The notes beneath the pieces were generated by a model. The model was not told the DNA's origin. It saw only the letters and a program-made list of their open reading frames with translations, and searched no databases. A stretch of DNA of 57,798 nt from Coniocarpon cinnabarinum (taxonomy: Eukaryota). Shown here piece after piece: positions 23,965 through 36,042 of this stretch (the first letter of the stretch is position 1; every line of letters begins with the position of its first letter). The DNA is taken from contig JAVECO010000020.1 of the NCBI GenBank assembly GCA_051942205.1, positions 124,001 through 181,798 on the forward strand. Direction: 5' to 3'. The position numbers were made by a program, and so were the translations under genes.

Positions 23965-24671
23965 TGTTTCTGCGGTATTCAAACTCGCTGCAACTGATGC
24001 GACACGGGTATCCTTGAGAACCAGAAAAGTTTAAAGGGCACAAAGCTTGAGTAGTACGAAAAGTCATCATGGAGCTTGACGGCCACCTTAAGTATGAAAG
24101 TGCTGAACAGTGATTTGCAAGGCTGTGAAGAAGTTGTGATCTAACAGCGGAAGACATGTCCCTTCGAAAGTCAACAATTGACGGTCCGAGATGATGCCCT
24201 TGCCTAGTAGAGTAAGCCGCCGACGCCAAAAGCAACTACGCAATGTTCCAATCCGCGGATGGGGGGGGTCCTGCTGCATAATGCAGAGGTCGGCCGGCAG
24301 ATGTGCCGCAATATAATTCCTTATCCTGAATCCGCCGGCGCCCCTGTTGACACTGTACGGATCCATTGCAACTCTTTTCGTCCTCGCGAAGATCGTGTCG
24401 TCAAGAAATGCATAGTAATTTGTCTCGGCATGCAAAACAGTGCAGAACGCGCTTTCCATATTTGTGGACCAAGCCAGTAGGGTCTCGCACTTCGCCGTTG
24501 TCGGGTCCCTTCGCTGACTCTTTATGGCGTAATACGATCTTGCAGAGTAAAGTCATAGCGAGGTTCGATGCAAAACTTCACTTTTCCGTGCATTATCCAT
24601 TTCCTTCGTATAGGGGCTGCAACTAACCTATGGTAGCATCTTAATACCGGACGAAAGTGCTGCTGACGCCG

Positions 24672-25993
24672 CTATGTCGTTCGTCTCTCCCATTCTTCAA
24701 CATCCCAATCACTCACCTTCCACACCGCCCGCTCTCCTCTCAACTGCCGTCCCCTCAACAGACCCATCGCCTTCTCAGCCCTTTCCAGCATAGTCTTCCC
24801 TTCTACAATCTGTTGCCGATTCGGTCTGACGATGCCATCCCTTAATAACGTCGGCATAATTTCCGTCTGCAATTTCTCTTTCCACAGCGGGTTTTCGAGG
24901 TAATAATGAGTCCGCACGCCTTGGGCTGTGACACCAGGCGCCCATTTGGCAGCGGCTGCAACATCCATGCCGTATTCCGGCAGTTCGGCAGAGTCGGGTG
25001 GGCTGTCTTTGATGATGATGGGCAGCAAGATAGCCACATTGCTATCTCTTTCGGCGATCTGCGCGAGTGGCGCGACCGAATTGGCTGCAGAGCCAATGCA
25101 ATCCAGAATCAGGGGGATCGTGGGCGCTGTGCTGCTTTGTCGCATTTTGCTCGCAACGATGCCGATATTGGCAATGGCGTCGGGGTCATTGTAATCTATC
25201 ACGCTCTTTGCGCCCATGTCCTTCAGCATGGTTTCATGTCTGACGCTGGCCACTGCAATAACATTGGAATACCCATACCACTTCAAAATCTGAAGCGCGT
25301 ACATGCCTACGCTACTGGCCGCTCCCCATACCAGAATAATTTCCCCTGCCTTTCGCGGCAGGAAGTCGGCTGGTTTCGGCCATGGCAATTCAAGCTGGAG
25401 ATTCGCGCTCAACGTGTGGAAGACCGTGACAAAATTATTGGGAAGTGTGACGGCGGCCGCGGGAGATGTATTGCGAGGGAGACGACCGGCGAGGTAAGAC
25501 GGCAAGATGACAATGTCCTGATGACCTTTCTCGCGTTGGGAGCGCCAGCCGAAGGCAAAGATCCAGTCACCGATTTGCAGAGGACGTGGCTTTGTGAGTA
25601 ATATGAGCACAGTTTCAATAATACTGCCCCTGCGACGTGCCAGAAGGCCGCCGGCAAGGATAATATTGTCTGCTAGTTGCGGCAAATGGGATTGAAAAAT
25701 GTACTCACTTCGCCATCAGGGTCGAAATGTGGTTGTGAGGCGATATCCTCGCCCACACCAATAATAGGCCCACATATCCCATCGCCCAAGACTTGGGGAT
25801 GCGTCACCAGTAGTGCTCCGTCATTCTGGTGCAAGTCTAGAGGCGTTGAGGCGGTCCAGCGATTCAGCACGGCGATCTCATTTCTTCCAGGTTGAGCGGT
25901 GGATATCGTATGAGCGGCGAGAGGTGCTTTCGGGCCGGTAGTAACAATGGCAGTATGCTGGCCAGGTAACTTAGGCGAGCTTATGGCAGACAT
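24672..25993 (-). CDS. MDR-superfamily quinone/enoyl reductase-like oxidoreductase (intron 25708-25590)
   Basis: STPLDLHQ.DG, P.VLGDG, ILVWGAASSVGMYALQILK, GAKSVIDY and LRGERAVW. Confidence 0.9.
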
Positions 25994-26764
25994 AGTTGGG
26001 TGACAAAGGTCAGGCGTCCGGCTTCGGCGTTGGTCGAACTGAAGAAGCTTTTGTTGAAGGTGGGGAGCTAAGTGATCTGTTTATAACGAGGCTTCTCTGC
26101 TTATAACAAGGACTAAGTGTGACGTTCTTCCCAGAAGCGTGACAAATTCGAAACCTATTGATATTCTTAAGTACTTCAAGTGGACTCGTTTTCTATTCTG
26201 GACCGCACTGTTTCACCTCGAGGGCCCACATTCATCGAGCCACTTGCTTACACATGCTTACAAAGCATTGCTTTGTCATCACTGAAGAAATTTGGCTGGA
26301 TATGAATGCGCCACCGTGGCTGATAGCTTCTGCCGTGACATCCTATGTGAGAGATTAGTGCTGTCAAATCCTTATCCTGGATTCCTTGATCTCTAGACTA
26401 CGGGTTAGCATCCTGCTTGTGGCTGAGCAAGTGGGCCGGGCTCCCACGTGAGACAGAGCGAGCTGGCGAAACCGACAAGCAAGGGGTATCTCTTATTTTC
26501 ATTTGAAGATTATGTATTCATATATGACAAACGAGCGACATTCACTGGCTTTCAGGAGATGGCGGCGATCTCTCAACTTCAGAGCCGGGCTGTGTTTGTC
26601 CTTCTCAGGTAGTCGTAATGGCCCAAGCGGGTCTCATCGCAGTTGAGTAGACATCGCGAAGTGAAGTGTAGATACAATGGTAGCGCACTTGAAACAAGTC
26701 TAGCTGTCAGTCATCCAATGCAGCTTCAAGGTCGCGTGAGTAAGCACGCCGTGGGACGTGGCAA

Positions 26765-27726
26765 TCAGAAAAAATTCGAGACGAAGGGTATCATAGCGCT
26801 GTGGTTCCAAGTCAGTGTGAGACTTGATGGTAGCAAACGGCTGTTACTCACCCAACCGCCAACGTAGCAGTCACTCCGAGCATTGCCCGTTTCTGCATCT
26901 TCTGTTTTCGATACTCATCCGCGGGCACCATAACTCTTGTTCGCTTCACCGGCGGCTCTGTCGTGCGCTCACCAAACTCCACACTCTTTCTCTTAGCATC
27001 GGCTGAAGAGCTCTCCCCGTTGACAGTCGGCGGTTGATCTTGGCCATTGGCAAGCTCAGTGACGATCTCTTCTTCCGCATTCTCAACTTCAAGATCCTCA
27101 GCTTTGCGCTTTTTGCCTTTCGCAGCAGACGCGCCGTCATCAAGTTCGGTGTCTTGAAGCGCTTTGGCCTCGTCAACAATAGCTTTCGCTGCAGCAATGG
27201 CTTCTTCCGCACTCTCTGGCACTTCTTCTGTCGCTCCCTCGGGCATCTCTACAGTTACTTTTGTGTGTATCGCGTCTACCTTGCCATCGTCCTGCTCATC
27301 ACTCTGTATTGTGATCTTGGTAGATGGCTTTGTCGCGCCGTCAGCGTGGATGTCATGCGCAATGGCAGACAGCGCATCGGCTCTTGCTTCGGACGTTTGA
27401 GCAATCACAGCATCAGCAGCATGATCGGCGACCTTGTGCAGGGTTGCGTCTTCGGGATCCGGATCTTCAGTTTCCGCGGCAGAGTCGGCAACAGAGGGAG
27501 TACCATCTTCGTTATGATCATGCAATGCGCGACTGCGACCTTTCGCCCCGTCGGTCGTCTTTTTCTCCTTTTTGTTCTTCAGACGACGCTTTGGTGACGC
27601 TTTCGGGCGTGTGTCAGGCGTCGGAGGTGGCAGCTTGGTAGGAGAGGTCGAGCGCATCGAGCGGTCCTTGCGACTTGCTTTGGGCGTGGCCTCGACGCTG
27701 TTGGATTTCTCGCGATGCTTTGCCAT
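26765..27726 (-). CDS. Bqt4-like tail-anchored nuclear-envelope protein, no APSES domain visible (intron 26851-26799)
   Basis: HTKVTVEMP..PESAEEAIAAAKAIVDEA, KRKAEDL, PVKRTRV and the spliced C-terminal TM KRAMLGVTATLAVG|AMIPFVSNFF* resemble the C-terminal half of filamentous-fungal Bqt4 homologues. Confidence 0.7.
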
Positions 27727-28454
27727 CCTGAGTCTGATGAGCGCGACACGCTAGGAACTGCGCGATGGAGGTGGATAGCCTTCTCAATAGATGACGCGAG
27801 ATTCGCGCGATAGCGTATGCTTTTCGATGATGCGTGGAGTAAATGAAGCAGGATAACCAATGATCAGCCGATCGTGGGCGCGCCCTTCTAAAGCATGACG
27901 ACGTTAGCAACCGTGGTCGTGAGCGCGGACGACGGACTGAAAAAAAGCAGAGGAAAGGATGACGGATTGAGATGAAACCCTCCGCCGAAAAGGTCTGGGG
28001 AAGTGATCGAGCGGCGAGATAGAAGCGCAGGGGAGAGGCTGGTCAGGGTCCAATTAGCGTCACCTCTCGATTGCCTAATCACGCAGGTCGTATTGCCTGA
28101 CTAATACACCACCTGACATAACACGTGACCGAGGCTGAATTCCTCTCCCTTCTCCAACCTCCGGGTCGTGCACATCCAATGAGTCCTTTCCTAGAACTGC
28201 TTTCATTACGCTCGAATAGCCGAGAATCACCTCTGAAGATGATGGATATGGTTTGTGATCTTTCCCGAAGACTGGCAAGCATTTGCACAAAGTGTGTAGA
28301 CGTTGTCGCGTTGCCTCTTTCTTCGGCTGGTCTTCTCGCATGCTCGTGAGGTGATTCTGTCTCACGGGAGGAGCCGTGTCTGGTCGTCGATTGGAACGTC
28401 TTTGTTCTGACGCTGGTAGGAAACACACACATCGATGTGTGCATTTGACATCAT

Positions 28455-30012
28455 CTAGACCCAATCATGTGTCTCCTGGGGATCATCGTTCAATATGCCT
28501 AAAGGCGTGCTCTGGTCTCGCTGCAGGTTAGTGGGAGAACGCGGGGGTGACAATAGCGGTCGCAGCCCCGTGGTCGACCGCTTGCAGGTATCCTCTCGGG
28601 CATTTTCGATGCTCGCAGATATATCTTGACCTCCTTGAGCAGAGGATGCACAGCCGGACGCGTGGTTTTCACCTGAGGATGGGTTGACTGTGGAGATCGT
28701 CGCTTTGTCGTCGTCCTTGTCTCCTGAAACACTTGGAACACCGCTAGCTGACCGAAGATTTGACAATGCGTAGGATCTGTCACGCGTCGCCCGTCGACAT
28801 TTTTGAATCAAAGGTCCGAGGCTTGGCAGGTTAATGCACGTGATAGCCAGCATGATCTCGACGATTGACCAAATGTTTGCCTTTGAGAAATCCCCTAAAT
28901 GGAACCCTATCAAATTCTGATGCACTTTCGATGAGTGGAAAGGAACGCACAAGTGATATCCATGCTTAGCTTCAAGTTGAAGAGGGAGAAGAGTCGAACA
29001 AAGGATGCGAAAATGGTTGCCGATCCGATTAAAAATGCGAGCACAAGGCCAGCCTTGTTGCGACGCGGGATTTCGAGCCCTGCAAACTGTGTCAGACATT
29101 TGTTATCTGGGCAAGCCGGTGCTAAAGCTCACCTATGATTTTGTAAACGGGCAGAATCATCATTAAAATGTCTGTGACAACATTGGGTACTGCAGCAAAC
29201 GATAAGCCTGTTGTCAGCCTGGGTGGAAGTGTGTACCCTACTAGCATTGCTGATCCAAAGCTTCTTGTCGTCTATGCAGTGTCCCCCTGGGGTGTCCGGT
29301 ATCCAAAAAGTTTTCAGCGGCTGACACATGGTAAAACTGAGAATGTGCTGCAAGCAACAGTCAACAACGAAGCAGCTACACCGGTAAGACAGCTTACACT
29401 AGACATAAACCATGCGCCGACTAAAAATAGCAAAAAGTAAATTGACCAGAGCATGTGTGTCGAAGAACGGCTGAACAGTCTATAATAAAGGAATAGTACA
29501 GACAGCTTTGCAACTGTGAGGACGGTAGTGTACAGTATTTGGCTAGCGTAGAGAACCTTGAGGTTGGGCGTAAGTGCAGGAAGGCCGATTTTCTGGATGT
29601 GTTGCCCAGCACCAATTGAAACGCCTGTCATCACATCAGCAAGCTTGATTTATCGTAGCAGGCGGTATTTGCGGCTGACCGTAGCAAATCAACACGATGT
29701 GTGCAATGGCAATCAGCTAGAAATTATCATCAGCCCCACAGGTGGCGCTTTCGAGTCTGTGCAATGCCTACCCAGGCTAGCAATGCCATCCAGTCATCCC
29801 ACTATAGGACGAGTCAATGGCGGGGTCTAGAAAGATAAATTCAGCTAGCTTACCCAAAGACCCGCGCGTGCGACGCGCCTACTAATGAAGCGCAAAACCA
29901 GAGTAGTGAAGGCAAGTAGCCAAAGAGTGACGGCTGTCGCAACCATTGTTGGACCATAGTTGCCTGACGCTGCAGCCGTATCCTGGGACGTTGATGATGT
30001 CGCAGAAGCCAT
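28455..30012 (-). CDS. PTH11-like integral membrane protein (fungal rhodopsin domain), multi-exon
   Basis: LRFISRRV.RAGLW|WDDW, GAGQHI, AKLSVLFLYYRLF, QPL..FW....GGHCID and WSIVEIMLAITCINLPSLGPL. Confidence 0.9.
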
Positions 30013-31800
30013 GATGAAAGACTGTGAAAGAGTGACGAGCAGAGCAAGCAGAGGCGACAACCGACGTCCTGGTTCGTCAGGTAATATAGCAACCTGTGGA
30101 GGTCCTCACCACAGATTGACTCTGAACGGGCTCTTCAAAGAGCATATATGGTGGAAGATACACACATTTCTGGGGCTCGAGGAGTCGCAGAAACCTTCAA
30201 ATGAAGCAGAGTGGATGCGGTCGAGGACTTTAGGCGTACTCATTCGTGGATGATCATATGTTGGGAGGAAACATCTGCGCGCGCAAAGACAGACTTAACG
30301 TTCAAACCTTCTCTTCGGACTAAGGCATGATCGTAGTAAATGGTGTCGTTAGTCCTGATTGCGGCAACATCCAGGCCAAAGAGACAGAGGAGGATACGCG
30401 CGCACGACAAGAGCCTCACCAGCGATACCTGGTAAATTCACATCTGCCGGGCTAGCGTCCGATAAAAATTTTGCCTTGACTTGCAGCCACGATAGAACCT
30501 TGAAGAGGTGAGCGGAGGTGGCGGGAGTCTACGTACGGGCGACAGGCATCTTGGTAATCCTTTGAGACCACATTCAAGCATCAGTACGCGATGGCGTTTA
30601 CATCGCCGGGCAATTTTAGGAGCAAATGCGGAGATATACCCCATTCTATCGTGAGGGTTGCGGTGCTGGGAACCAATGGTCCGACGGGAACGCGGTGAGC
30701 CGCACGAGTGAAGTCTGGAGTGATCCATCACAGGCGATTCTGGCGCCAGGGGTTACTGAAAGGTTGTTCAAGTGACTGCAGAAATCCTGTGGTAGAGGGA
30801 AGGCGAGCGTTGGCAACGGCACCAGGCACCAAACACGGAGAGCCAGGATTCAAGTTTCATGACCGACGCTAGCACCTCGAATGCGGTACACAGTTGGAGA
30901 CGACGCTCGGCGCACTCCGGACGCAAGCCAGCTGCTCTTCTGTCATCCGCTTGTTCAGAGGTTTGGGCACCTGGAGGACCGTGTGTTGGTGCTGTGTCCT
31001 TTGGTTCGAGTGCCGCGAGCGGTTGGATAGAAGCTGCGTCTGAGAGATGAGACCCATGGCGCCAGAGGAAATAGCGCCGTCTCAGGATACCTACAGGGTA
31101 AAGGCAGCGCGGAACGTTAAATGTTCTAGTGGATGATCGGAGCTTCCTCAGCAAAATTGTATGAGTGAGCCCGGGCCACCGATGTGATAAAATAACGTTC
31201 CGCGGTGCAAAGACTCTGTATCCAGTCCAAAACGTGTGCTTAGCAGCGCCCCTCTGTTGGATTGGGGCTCCTTGTGACTTGGGTTAAGCGGCAGTAGCTT
31301 AGACGACGTCGCTCCGCCGTGTTGGTCAATGCAAACACAGACCAAGGTAGCTACCTGGTCACTGCTCCCCGTCAGCTCAAACCTTTTTTCTTTGGAGGCA
31401 CCGCGATCGGTCAGAGAGCGTCTTCGAAAAGGACATGAAAAGGATGACGGCGTCTTTTCTGACACGTCGGCCGGACCAAAAGCGAAAGTATGTAGCTCTT
31501 GACGATACTGATACAAGGGTTTGCTGCGAGATGTTTTGTGCCCGTTGGACATTTGAGCACATTTGCAAGCATACGCACAGCCTTCGGGTTCGGAATCCTC
31601 TGGAGAAGATGCCAAAGGCTCCATGCTCTGATAATCCGTGCTACTGCAACATGACAGATTCTCGTCACTCCCTGGTCGTCTATCTAATGACGCGATAGTT
31701 CCCGACGCGTGCACATGGATCAATTTTCCCTGTATGGACTCTTTCCGTCCCCTTTGATTGCGCAACTACACAAGATCTTAAACAAGCCGCCTGTAGCGAT

Positions 31801-32817
31801 TCATACTGCTTTTCTAATCCAACCTTCTTCAGGACTCAGCCTTGATGCCCACTCTGTCCAGCTGCCGTCATATATTCTCCTTGCATGATCTGCTGGCCAG
31901 CCTGCTTCTGCCAGAGCCAAATCGATAACAGCTGCAGTGACACCAGTTCCACACGAACTGATGATTTCGCGATCAGAAGGAATCCCGCGAGCACTAAACA
32001 GTTCTCTGAGCTTCTCCGGAGGAAACAAGGCCTTTGTGTCTGAATCAAGAACGTCGCTGAAGGCCAAATTCACTGAGCCAGGCATATGACCAGACGGCAT
32101 GCCCAGGCGAGGCTCAGGTGCGGTGCCTTGCCATCGTCCCAGAGGACGAGCATCAACCAAAGCTGGACCGCGGGGTTGAGTAGTGTCTTCACGCTTGTCC
32201 CTGACGATTTCCTGCATCTCATCAAAATCTGCAACGCTCTCACGTACGGACCAAGGTTGCGGCATCTCGTACACCTCTTGCTGCACTTCTGGAAGATCAC
32301 CCTTCTCAGTCGGTCTGCCTTCTTTCATCCATAGGCGAAAGTTGTTCAGAAGATGTGTCTGAGGATGACCAAACACCTTCAGTGTCCAAGCTACCCTGGG
32401 TGCACTGAAAATGCCCAGTTCTGCTGTATCATACACGACCACAGTGTCATTTCTTCGTATGCCCAGTCTGCCCAATGCGTTGGCGTAGACTTTGCTGTCC
32501 GGCAGCATGTGAGGCCAAGGCGAGGAAGCATCCTTGATCGCGTCGAGATCGAAGAAGCGGGAGCCGGGGATGTGTTGATGTGTGAATGATTGTAAGCCGG
32601 TCCTTTTCTGAGGATCGTTGGGCAAGAACCACGCAGCCGAAAGAGGGACGAGGCGATGCGCGTCGTCATGCTGCTCGTTCAAGGCTTCATGGAGCTCAGT
32701 TGGAGTGACAACAAAGCGGCAGAGGTGCATGTGTCGCGGTCGATTGAGCGAGACAGGTCGGCGTGGTGCGACAAGGAGTCGGCTCAGAGTATGCCCCCAG
32801 CGCCCATGAAGCAGCAT
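31801..32817 (-). CDS. TUM1: Thiosulfate/3-mercaptopyruvate sulfurtransferase (tandem rhodanese)
   Basis: HIPGSRFFDLD, PHMLP, SAPRVAW, DARP.GRW.G..PEPR, GHMPGS, active-site SCGTGVTA and YDGSWTEW. Arg-rich presequence from ATG 32817. Confidence 0.93.
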   Translation of the reverse strand: MLLHGRWGHTLSRLLVAPRRPVSLNRPRHMHLCRFVVTPTELHEALNEQHDDAHRLVPLSAAWFLPNDPQKRTGLQSFTHQHIPGSRFFDLDAIKDASSPWPHMLPDSKVYANALGRLGIRRNDTVVVYDTAELGIFSAPRVAWTLKVFGHPQTHLLNNFRLWMKEGRPTEKGDLPEVQQEVYEMPQPWSVRESVADFDEMQEIVRDKREDTTQPRGPALVDARPLGRWQGTAPEPRLGMPSGHMPGSVNLAFSDVLDSDTKALFPPEKLRELFSARGIPSDREIISSCGTGVTAAVIDLALAEAGWPADHARRIYDGSWTEWASRLSPEEGWIRKAV

Positions 32818-33184
32818 CGCGCTCCGTCCTCGGTCCGTGACCGCGAATGCAGCATGTCTCGAAGAGCGCAACCGTCGCTGAGACGAAGTCCCGTCGCGCA
32901 AACGGCCTTGCGGTCACAATATAACGACGTGTCGAGGACGTATCGCTGAATGGAGACAAGCGTTAAGTCCGTTTCGGCGCAACGCCGAGCGACATGCATG
33001 CCTGTCATTGGCCGGTCCCACTTGAAGCGGCGTAACGACGCAGGTGGTGCGGAGGATGCAAGACGAGGCAAGAAGGATTCACACAATGCAGAGAGTTCAT
33101 TTCCGCACTTCAGAAGTCCATATTCAAAGCTTCCACCGCAGGGCAAGTTGCAGGCATCTCTTTGGCATCTGCTGAGCTTTCGGC

Positions 33185-33958
33185 ATGGGTACTGTGCTCG
33201 TCACTGGCGCCGCCTCTGGTATTGGACATGCCTTTGTCTCTTCCTTGTCCCAGAACCCCAAGGTGGCTGTCATCTACGCAGTCGACCGGTCCTTCAAATC
33301 CGGGCAAGATGTGCAGTCTGCCTTTTTCATTCCGTACCATACTCCTTGTCGGATCGAGCTCGTTCGAGTAGACGTCACTGATGAGGAATCTGTTCGTGTT
33401 GCCAGCGGTCAGATTGGGCAGGATCTCAGGGAGAGGCAAACAGCTCTTGACCTTGTCGTGCATAGCGCCGGAGTTCGAGGGCTGGATCCAGCAGTGCCCA
33501 TTCGTCAATCAAGTGACGTGGCTAAGGCGGAGACGCTAGATGCGATGACAGTCAAGACCTTGGAAAAAACCCTGCAAGTCAACTTGGTTGGCAGCTTTGT
33601 TCTGCTGAGAGCTCTGGTTCCTCTGCTGAGCACATCCTCGAAAGCGCCAGCCAAGGTCCTAGTCATGTCTTCCAGGATGGGTTCGATAGGTCACAATGAC
33701 TCAGGTGGCGCATATGCCTATCGAGCATCAAAGGCAGCGCAGAATGCGCTTGTACGCTCGCTTGCCATCGACTATCCCACTTTTCAATGGTTGCTGATGC
33801 ATCCGGGGCGGGTGGAGACAGGTTTAGTCGCCATCAAGGAAGAGGGTGCCATTTCACCGGAGGAGTCTGTGGATGACATGATGTCTTTACTTCAAACCAT
33901 GAGCAAGACTTCGTCGATTTCTTTCATTGATCGATTTGGCAATACTATACCCTGGTGA
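33185..33958 (+). CDS. Short-chain dehydrogenase/reductase (CsgA/C-factor-like)
   Basis: TGAASGIG, SSRMGSI, YAYRASKAA (YxxxK), MHPG.VET and G..IPW C terminus. Confidence 0.92.
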   Translation: MGTVLVTGAASGIGHAFVSSLSQNPKVAVIYAVDRSFKSGQDVQSAFFIPYHTPCRIELVRVDVTDEESVRVASGQIGQDLRERQTALDLVVHSAGVRGLDPAVPIRQSSDVAKAETLDAMTVKTLEKTLQVNLVGSFVLLRALVPLLSTSSKAPAKVLVMSSRMGSIGHNDSGGAYAYRASKAAQNALVRSLAIDYPTFQWLLMHPGRVETGLVAIKEEGAISPEESVDDMMSLLQTMSKTSSISFIDRFGNTIPW

Positions 33959-33981
33959 TGATCATGTCCGCAGATCTTCTT

Positions 33982-34593
33982 TCAGTGGTCTCGGCGGTGA
34001 AATCGACCACCTAAACTCTCCAACCCACGGTCATACTCCTCGGCCAATAATCCCAAGCGCGTCGAGAGCAACTCAATGCGATCTGCAGTCGAGATCTGGG
34101 CTTGGTCAACAGGAAGGACAAGATCATAGGCTCGTTGCGGTGGAGGAGCCACGTGCTCTCCTTCGATTACGATCATGGTGGCCCCTGAAGCCTCTTGGTC
34201 AAATGTTGGTGCTTCAGACAACTGAACACCAGAAGGCTGCCACTGGGATGACAGACTCTTGGCAGCTTTGGCTTGCTGGCCATCGCTACTCAGGTCTACG
34301 ACGAGGGTGATTTCTTCGGCCTCGGCTGGACTACTGGGAGCTGCACCGTAGATGTTGCTAGGCTCCCACTCCAGATTGTCGAGGACGGCATTTGTGAGCC
34401 GGTCCGGCTCATCGTCTTGGAATATGTAGTGCACATGTGGATGATGAAACTCGCCGGTGCGTTTATCATGGACTAGAACAAAGAATGGCTCGATACCGTG
34501 TTCCGAAGCAGACGCTGGCTTCGTGTACTCAGGCAAAAGAGGTGCTGCGGTCGCATCTCCGTCTTTGGGTACACAGTCACCGTCACCGCTCAT
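33982..34593 (-). CDS. Conserved hypothetical protein, putative divergent Atg31 homologue
   Basis: FFVLVHDK...HPHVHYIFQDDE...ITLVVDLSSDG...SLSSQWQ...MIVIEG followed by a C-terminal helix. The motif order resembles yeast Atg31 as recalled. Confidence 0.55.
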   Translation of the reverse strand: MSGDGDCVPKDGDATAAPLLPEYTKPASASEHGIEPFFVLVHDKRTGEFHHPHVHYIFQDDEPDRLTNAVLDNLEWEPSNIYGAAPSSPAEAEEITLVVDLSSDGQQAKAAKSLSSQWQPSGVQLSEAPTFDQEASGATMIVIEGEHVAPPPQRAYDLVLPVDQAQISTADRIELLSTRLGLLAEEYDRGLESLGGRFHRRDH

Positions 34594-34824
34594 GTAAGAG
34601 GTTGCGGGACCTTGAATACTTGAATAGGGTCGTCGGTAGATTGAAGAAAAAGAAGATTTTGGCGTATGGCAGCAAAGTAGACCCAAGGGTCGGCTGCCTG
34701 TTTTTCGGTATCCGAAATGGCAGGTTTCAATTATGTAAGCCACTTTGGACATACCATCTGCACTAAACATCAAATGCAGCTATTCTCACAAGCACCCGGA
34801 AGAGCGCGCCATCAAACAAGCTAT

Positions 34825-35799
34825 TTATTTCTTCGCGAGCTTCTCTGTTCTGTCCCAACCCTTGACAACATTGGTTAACAACTCCTCCCACACCCCAGCC
34901 TCGCGAATCTGCTTGCTACTTTTACCCCAAACGGTAAACTTCTTGATCGGTGCCCAGTCATACCAATTCCTTCGCTCCCAGACTTCTTTGGGCACCTCGC
35001 GGCGCAAGGTCATTGCGCCGGAGATCCGACCTCCGTGTAAGAAAAGTTCTCGAGCTTCTAATGAAATGGTACGTGGCCGAAACCATTTCAAGCTCGTGAT
35101 TCTGATCGGGGCGCGAGGCGGCAGATTCGTGGCATACTGATGCACACGAGCAGAACTCGTCCGTGCCCTAACTGGCAAAATCATGAATACCCTTGTGATT
35201 AGCGGCGCTGTGACGAGTACTGTAACCATCATTGGGACTGATCCGAGAACACTTATCGCAAATGCAGTCCAAGGTAGTTCGAATGGCGAAAAGAGAAGCT
35301 GTTTTAGGATCCACAGGCTGTACAGAGAGATAGCAATGGCTATTACTTTGACAGCTACGATGATTGCTGTGCGGTATTCGTCGGCGCTATAAATGAGCAG
35401 AGTTTGCGGGTAGACTACAAAGCCCCATGTAAGCACGCGTGATGTAAACAGATACGATTCTCAGCCCATACCGAACTCAGTCTTTGGCGAATGAGGCGCC
35501 TTGACATTTGGCCGCTTCATGTGACTGGCTGAGGGCTTCGCCGGCCATTGAGCCTTCCTTCTTTCCTTTCCTTGCTCGAGAAGTGTTCCCTTGTCCTTAC
35601 GGCCGTCGAGCTTGATGCGTGAAGCTGATGCGTACATGGCTAGAGCATGGCTCGACCGAGAGAACCCATCCACGCCATCCTTGCTCGCTACCCACCGGAA
35701 CGAACTGCGCAAGAGCCTTCTAGACACTCCGGCGTGCGCAGATCTTGGCCAAAGAGAATGCGAAACATTGGGTATGCGCCCGATGCCACAGACAGTCAT
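34825..35799 (-). CDS. Hypothetical mitochondrial inner-membrane protein, 2 TM (intron 35471-35415)
   Basis: Arg/Ser-rich presequence-like N terminus; spliced F|VYPQTLLIYSA; two hydrophobic helices followed by P.ITRVFM.LP..AR.S. Confidence 0.7.
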
Positions 35800-36042
35800 T
35801 GCTTGATTTGAACAGTCTGCATAGCACTGAGTAGGTATTGCTAGCAAAGTCAATGCCCCTGACGCAACTTGCCTGACTTTTCGGGAAATCAAAACTTTTG
35901 TCTATTCCAACACGGCATCCTTGCCATTCTTCAGTCGCGTCGGTCGAGCGGTCTGCAGCGGACATGTTGTTCGGACATATTGTTAAGACATGGCTGCGCG
36001 CAGGGATGACATGAGTGTTTGCAATTGTCGCTGATCGACGCA

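Noticed and set aside
30438..31765. ORFs of 87-205 aa between the PTH11-like gene and TUM1
   Set aside because: Mostly non-ATG starts, atypical composition and no domain signal; treated as intergenic, though a small orphan gene cannot be excluded.
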